This document shows positions 62,742-64,000 of a DNA stretch of 64,000 nt, piece by piece; positions within the stretch are counted from its first letter, which is position 1; the number at the start of each line of letters is the position of its first letter. Both the position numbers and the translations under genes were made by a program. This DNA is from an uncultured Gemmatimonadaceae bacterium. GTDB lineage: Bacteria; Gemmatimonadota; Gemmatimonadetes; Gemmatimonadales; Gemmatimonadaceae. The notes below the pieces were generated by a model, which saw nothing but the letters and a program-made list of their open reading frames with translations, did no database searches and was not told where the DNA came from. The stretch covers positions 1,440,001-1,504,000 of the forward strand of contig OY970320.1 in the NCBI GenBank assembly GCA_963716745.1, in the 5' to 3' direction.

Positions 62742-63811
62742 GGCTTCGCCGCGGGCGCCGGAGCGGCCGGCGCGCTGTCGCGGGCGGGCACCACGTGCGT
62801 GCTGTCCTCCACGCCGTACGCGCCGTCGGTCACGACGATCTCGCCGGCGGCGAGTCCGGACAGGATCTCGGCGCGCCCCTCGTCGCGGCCGCCCACGGTG
62901 ACGTCGCGCGCGTGCACGACGTTGCCGGCATCCACGACGTACACGAGATAGCCTTCGCCCTCGGGCACGAGCGCGGCCACCGGAACGACGACCGCGCGTC
63001 CCTGCACGCCCGTGGTGATGCGTCCGAAGACGGTCTCACCGATGCGCAGCGGGCGATGCGACGCGCCGGCACGGGCGCGCACGGTGACCGCGCGCGACGC
63101 CGTGTCCACCGTGGCGCCCACGTCGATCACCTGCGCGGTGCCGACCGGCTCGCCGCGCGCATCCTCGCCGGCGAAGATCGTGACGGCGGCGCCGACGCGG
63201 ACCACGGCCGCGTCCGCCGGCGACACGCCGAACAGCAGATCGAGCGCCGACGGATCGGCGACGGCCACGACCACCTGCCCCGCGTCGGCCGGCGCGCCGA
63301 GCACGGCGGTCATGCGCGTGACCACGCCGGCGATCGGCGCGCGGAGCGTCGCGAGTTCGAGCGAGCGGCGCGCGCTCACGTCGGCACTCTTGGCCGCCGC
63401 GAGATCGGCCGCCGCGGCGTCGAGATCCTTGCGCGGGAGAACGCCGGCCTCGGTGAGCCGCACCGCGCGGTCGTAGCCGTTCTGAGCGCTCGCGAGCGCG
63501 CTCGCGGCGCTCCGGGCCGCGGCCTCGAACGGGCCGCGCTCGAACTCCACGAGCGGCGCACCGGCGGCCACACGTTCGCCCGCCGCGACGAACACCCGTG
63601 CCACGCGTGTGGGCGCGGGCGCCGAGAGTTCGGCGTACTTCCCGGCGCGCGGCGCCACGGTGCCGAGCGCGCCGATCACGTGCGCGAACGGCGTGGACAC
63701 GGCGGCGGCGGTGTGCACCGCCACCACCGGCGCGTGCTGCGATTCATCGGCCGCGTGAGAGCAGCCGGCCGCCGCGGCGGCGAGGAGGATCAGCGAGGCG
63801 CGTGGGTTCAC
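62738..63811 (-). CDS. RND periplasmic adaptor (MFP) lipoprotein
   Basis: AAGC lipobox, V..GERV..G.PL, LRAPIAGVV, VD..SR, GL..GE.VVT.G. Confidence 0.93.
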   Translation of the reverse strand: MNPRASLILLAAAAAGCSHAADESQHAPVVAVHTAAAVSTPFAHVIGALGTVAPRAGKYAELSAPAPTRVARVFVAAGERVAAGAPLVEFERGPFEAAARSAASALASAQNGYDRAVRLTEAGVLPRKDLDAAAADLAAAKSADVSARRSLELATLRAPIAGVVTRMTAVLGAPADAGQVVVAVADPSALDLLFGVSPADAAVVRVGAAVTIFAGEDARGEPVGTAQVIDVGATVDTASRAVTVRARAGASHRPLRIGETVFGRITTGVQGRAVVVPVAALVPEGEGYLVYVVDAGNVVHARDVTVGGRDEGRAEILSGLAAGEIVVTDGAYGVEDSTHVVPARDSAPAAPAPAAKP

Positions 63812-64000
63812 GGTTGGTCCGCGGTGAGCGTCTGAAGGGTGAGCAGCGCGGCCGCGTTCTGCGCCGCCGCGAGGTCGTCCACGTAGTGCCCCAGCGCGTC
63901 GCGCGCGGTGCGCTGCGCTTCGAGCACGGTGGGGATGCCGGCCGCGCCCTCTGCGTACGCGGTGAGGGACATTCGCGCTACGCGGTCGGCGCTGGCGAGC
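63808..64000 (-). CDS. TolC-family outer membrane efflux protein (3' end only)
   Basis: ...RVARMSLTAYAEGAAGIPTVLEAQRTARDALGHYVDDLA...; stop overlaps the MFP start. Confidence 0.75.
   Translation of the reverse strand, partial: LASADRVARMSLTAYAEGAAGIPTVLEAQRTARDALGHYVDDLAAAQNAAALLTLQTLTADQP

Overview
A very GC-rich (roughly 70% by eye) bacterial chromosomal window. Gene content and order suggest Gemmatimonadota, but this is inference. Left to right it holds: hslU(partial)-hslV, xerC-trmFO-topA-smg-like, aroK-aroC, and a type IV pilus locus (large Ig/propeller lipoprotein, pilQPONM, three minor pilins, and two sigma54-type two-component pairs flanking a TMTC-like glycosyltransferase). Next come a TlyC/CorC-type gene with arfB, mutY, and a MoxR/DUF58/DUF4350/DUF4129 operon converging on an RDD-SpoIIM fusion and a Ycf46-like AAA ATPase. 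Further right are a CPBP protease, a DUF3857 transglutaminase, an OmpR-type two-component pair, a four-gene lipoprotein/Ser-Thr kinase/TPR-Ig/beta-barrel operon, a YnbA/PlsC/YnbB-like lipid cassette with a Sel1-like gene, two DUF4136 lipoproteins, queCED, DUF748, and a beta-propeller plus RND efflux operon running off the right end. I saw no rRNA, tRNA, CRISPR array or transposase. Outside the genes there are three families of long intergenic hairpins (two present twice) and a recurring TANNNT motif 5-7 nt before start codons. Nine single-base frameshifts in six genes are most likely read or assembly errors. All family assignments are by motif recognition; no searches were run.
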